Shown here piece after piece: positions 41,529-43,847 of a DNA stretch of 43,847 nt (position 1 is the first letter of the stretch; each line of letters starts with the position of its first letter). Position numbers and translations under genes: made by a program. A model generated the notes under the pieces. It did not search any database, had not been told where the DNA came from, and was given only the letters and a program-made list of their open reading frames with translations. Source of the stretch: a virus; the IMG/VR virus record IMGVR_UViG_3300030613_000005; one strand, written 5' to 3'.

Positions 41529-42182
41529 ATGCCACTAGCTGGAGCTACTAAAACTGTTGCGGAAGTAGTTACTTACGTACAACGGCAGTTTGGTGATGAA
41601 TCTGGCGCGCAAGTAACTGATGCTGACATCCTTAGATGGACTAATGCAGCTCAGTTAGAAATTGCACGTCAGACTGACTATAGCCAAGACCTAGCTACTA
41701 CTGTTTCTGTAGCAGATCAAGAAGGGTATAGCCTTCCTGGAGTAGATATTCTTACAGTAAAAAGTATCTACTACAAAGGAAAGCCATTAAACCATATATC
41801 ATTTAACACATACCAAGAAAGTATACTGTCCCAGCAGCCTGAAGACTCAGACAATAGTGGGATACCTACTGTCTGGTATGAGTGGAAAGATTCTATCTAT
41901 TTGTATCCTATTCCGGATACAAGTGGAGAGGCAATTAAACTCTATTTCACAAAAAAGCCTACACTATTGACTCTTACTACAGATACCCTTAGTGCTCCTG
42001 ATTCACTGTGGCAAGCTATTATACAATTTGTTATGGCTCAAGCGTATGAGCTAGATGATGATCTACAGGGATCAACATATAAGACTAATCAGTTAAAAGA
42101 AATGCTAGGTAGTATTGACACTACTTCTAGCCAAAAATACTACCCTATTATTACTGTTCTGGCAGAGGATGCTGACTTATAA
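41529..42182 (+). CDS. Head-tail adaptor-like protein
   Basis: 217 aa. Its position before the nozzle-like gene, together with the N-terminal pattern ILRWTNAAQLEIARQTDY ... YSLPGVD, resembles adaptor families. Inferred. Confidence 0.45.
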   Translation: MPLAGATKTVAEVVTYVQRQFGDESGAQVTDADILRWTNAAQLEIARQTDYSQDLATTVSVADQEGYSLPGVDILTVKSIYYKGKPLNHISFNTYQESILSQQPEDSDNSGIPTVWYEWKDSIYLYPIPDTSGEAIKLYFTKKPTLLTLTTDTLSAPDSLWQAIIQFVMAQAYELDDDLQGSTYKTNQLKEMLGSIDTTSSQKYYPIITVLAEDADL

Positions 42183-43684
42183 TGCCAGGACAAATGTTGA
42201 AACTTGGTCCCTTTAAAGGTGGGCTGAATAATTTAAGTGACCCTACTTCGATTAAAGATGATGAAGTAGCTTCTTGCATAAACTTTGACTACGATTCTGA
42301 CGGAACTTTAATTTCTCGCCCACCTATTGCTGCCGATACGGATGGGCCTGTTGCAGCAAAAACAGTTGATTACCTTAGTTACTACATTTCTACTACAGGT
42401 GCTGTTTATTTGGTAGCTTGTAGCAATAGTAACCTGTACTATAAGTCAAGTGGCGTCTGGACGTTAATTACTTCGGGAGTAACAGCGTCTGCTGCTATCC
42501 AATACCTTAATAAACTATGGGTAGTAGCAGATGAAGGTTCAACAAACAATGGTGGGTCTTGGGATCCTGTTGCAGGTTGGACTACTATTGCGTCTATGCC
42601 AAAAGGCAGTGCAATAACCACCTTCAAAGAACGTCTTTGGATTGCTGGTGGTAAGCTTTCTACAAGCAATCAATCTCGTCTTAACTTCTCTGCTATTGCA
42701 GATGGCACTACTTGGAATAGTGCTGACTTTTTTGACATTAATCCTGGTGACGGTCAGGCTTTAATTGATATTGTTTCAGTCAGTACCAACTTGTTTCTGT
42801 TTAAACAACACTCTACACATGTTATGCAGTATGACTCAGCACCTAGTAAAGCAGTTATTACACCTGTCTCTAGGACTGTTGGTGTCGACGATATACGTTG
42901 TATTGTCAACTATGAAAACGTCCTATATGTATACAATGATGGCTATTTGTACGAGTTAATCAACTTTACCTATAACAAAATAAACACACGAATTAGCATA
43001 GCGGCAAACGCTACAGGTTCTTATGTGAGACCTATAAGTGTGTCTCTAGTAGGTAATAGAGTTGTCGTCAACTATTACGGGAATATTTTTGTATTTTATT
43101 TATTCACACGAACTTGGTCACAGTGGACGGTGGCTTCAGCTATCGGTAAATTTTTACAGACACCCTATAGTGCTTCAGGGTCCACTCCTTATACATATGT
43201 AGCTGCTTGTAATACAGCGGATAACAGAAGCACATTCAACTTTGTAGATGGGTACTTAGCGGGTAGAAGTGAATCCGCTACAGCAACGGTGGTATCTAAG
43301 ATCTATGATTTTAATGCCCCTAATATGTTTAAGAAGCTATATTGGTGGGGCATTGATATATTAGCTAGTGGGTCTTTAGTAGCTACTGTTACACCTGTTA
43401 TATATAATGCTTCTGTTACGTGGGCACAGATGGCTGCATTTACATGGGCAGAAGTAGCTAGCTATACGTGGAATCGCCCTGCCGCTTCCAACGTCTCTGT
43501 GTCTGAAACAATCAATACTACTGGTGCAATTCGTAAGTTCATTAAGATTAAGAAAGCTGTGCGCTTTAGAAACGTATACTTTACACTAGCTTTTACTATT
43601 AGCGATTGGCAAAACCCAATTCGTGTGTATAGCATTACACCTGTCATCAACATGAAAGAACAGGTTGTTAAAACAGTTAACTAG
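42182..43684 (+). CDS. Tail tubular/nozzle-like structural protein (500 aa)
   Basis: ATAATG overlap with the upstream gene. Beta-rich repetitive sequence. The call rests on position only. Confidence 0.4.
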   Translation: MPGQMLKLGPFKGGLNNLSDPTSIKDDEVASCINFDYDSDGTLISRPPIAADTDGPVAAKTVDYLSYYISTTGAVYLVACSNSNLYYKSSGVWTLITSGVTASAAIQYLNKLWVVADEGSTNNGGSWDPVAGWTTIASMPKGSAITTFKERLWIAGGKLSTSNQSRLNFSAIADGTTWNSADFFDINPGDGQALIDIVSVSTNLFLFKQHSTHVMQYDSAPSKAVITPVSRTVGVDDIRCIVNYENVLYVYNDGYLYELINFTYNKINTRISIAANATGSYVRPISVSLVGNRVVVNYYGNIFVFYLFTRTWSQWTVASAIGKFLQTPYSASGSTPYTYVAACNTADNRSTFNFVDGYLAGRSESATATVVSKIYDFNAPNMFKKLYWWGIDILASGSLVATVTPVIYNASVTWAQMAAFTWAEVASYTWNRPAASNVSVSETINTTGAIRKFIKIKKAVRFRNVYFTLAFTISDWQNPIRVYSITPVINMKEQVVKTVN

Positions 43685-43693
43685 GAGGGCACC

Positions 43694-43847
43694 TTGGTAT
43701 ATCCTAATGGTGTTGCTAAAGGTGGGGGTGGGTTTAATCCTTTTGCAGCAGGGCTTAAAAGATACGGTGCATCTGGCTTACTTACAGGTCCAAACGTGGG
43801 CCCTGTAGCAGATAAATCAGGATATAGAGAAAGAGATGCACAAACTG
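43694..43847 (+). CDS. 5' part of the junction-spanning small ORF (continues at nt 128 of the circle)
   Basis: TTG 43694 lies 4 nt after AGGAGGG. The frame stays open to the window end and continues to the stop at 214-216. Confidence 0.6.
   Translation, partial: MVYPNGVAKGGGGFNPFAAGLKRYGASGLLTGPNVGPVADKSGYRERDAQT
43721..43847. repeat. Terminal overlap copy 2 (identical to nt 1-127)
   Basis: Read directly. Confidence 0.95.

Noticed and set aside
1-43847. Whether the 127-bp end identity is a physical direct terminal repeat.
   Set aside because: It cannot be distinguished from an assembler circularisation overlap using sequence alone. The length equals a common maximum k-mer (from memory), so I do not call a DTR.

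Overview
This window is a complete, circularly closed dsDNA phage genome of about 43.72 kb (nt 1-127 are identical to nt 43721-43847).

Layout:
- Rightward (+) late arm, 28938 -> window end -> wraps -> 8869: leaderless HTH regulator, small and large terminase, actinophage-type tail-fibre-like proteins, a DUF2829-like protein, portal, scaffold, HK97-type capsid, a beta-helix tailspike-like protein, adaptor- and nozzle-like proteins, Gly/Gln-rich internal virion proteins, a 1738-aa giant virion protein, a lytic transglycosylase, small membrane proteins and a WhiB-like regulator.
- Leftward (-) early/replication arm, 28692 -> 8583: three GC-rich promoter/terminator cassettes, an SNF2 helicase, three tRNAs, a dCMP-deaminase-like gene, an amidase endolysin, an HNH protein, a Cas4-like exonuclease + RecA-like ATPase + SSB-like module, a primase-helicase, a family A DNA polymerase and a RuvC-like resolvase.

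I saw no tape measure, integrase, rRNA or CRISPR array, so the phage looks podovirus-like and probably lytic. A low-GC actinobacterial host is an inference from four things: WhiB, the tail-fibre N-termini, TTGACN-N17-TANNNT promoters and a leaderless first gene.

Most interesting signals:
1. The non-palindromic 8-mer CTGTAGCG occurs 28 times, in any reading frame and either orientation, and is evenly spaced.
2. A 1.07-kb ORF-free, helix-rich region next to tRNA-Asn starts with a tRNA-like element and is closed by a 19-bp long-range pairing. It is a candidate giant structured RNA of the GOLLD/ROOL class.
3. A compositionally foreign island holds three stacked cassettes. Each has the same promoter architecture, and an ATGGAAACAA-GCGGCG box lies upstream of each promoter. 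One cassette gene ends in a ribosomal bL12 C-terminal-like motif.
4. An 800-bp AT-rich noncoding region carries GTCTAC-N7-GTAGAC operator-like palindromes and a transcript of about 400 nt bounded by a promoter and a hairpin.
5. A 30-bp duplication of a tRNA 5' half brackets a small zinc-ribbon ORF.

All functional calls rest on motifs read by eye. No database search was possible.
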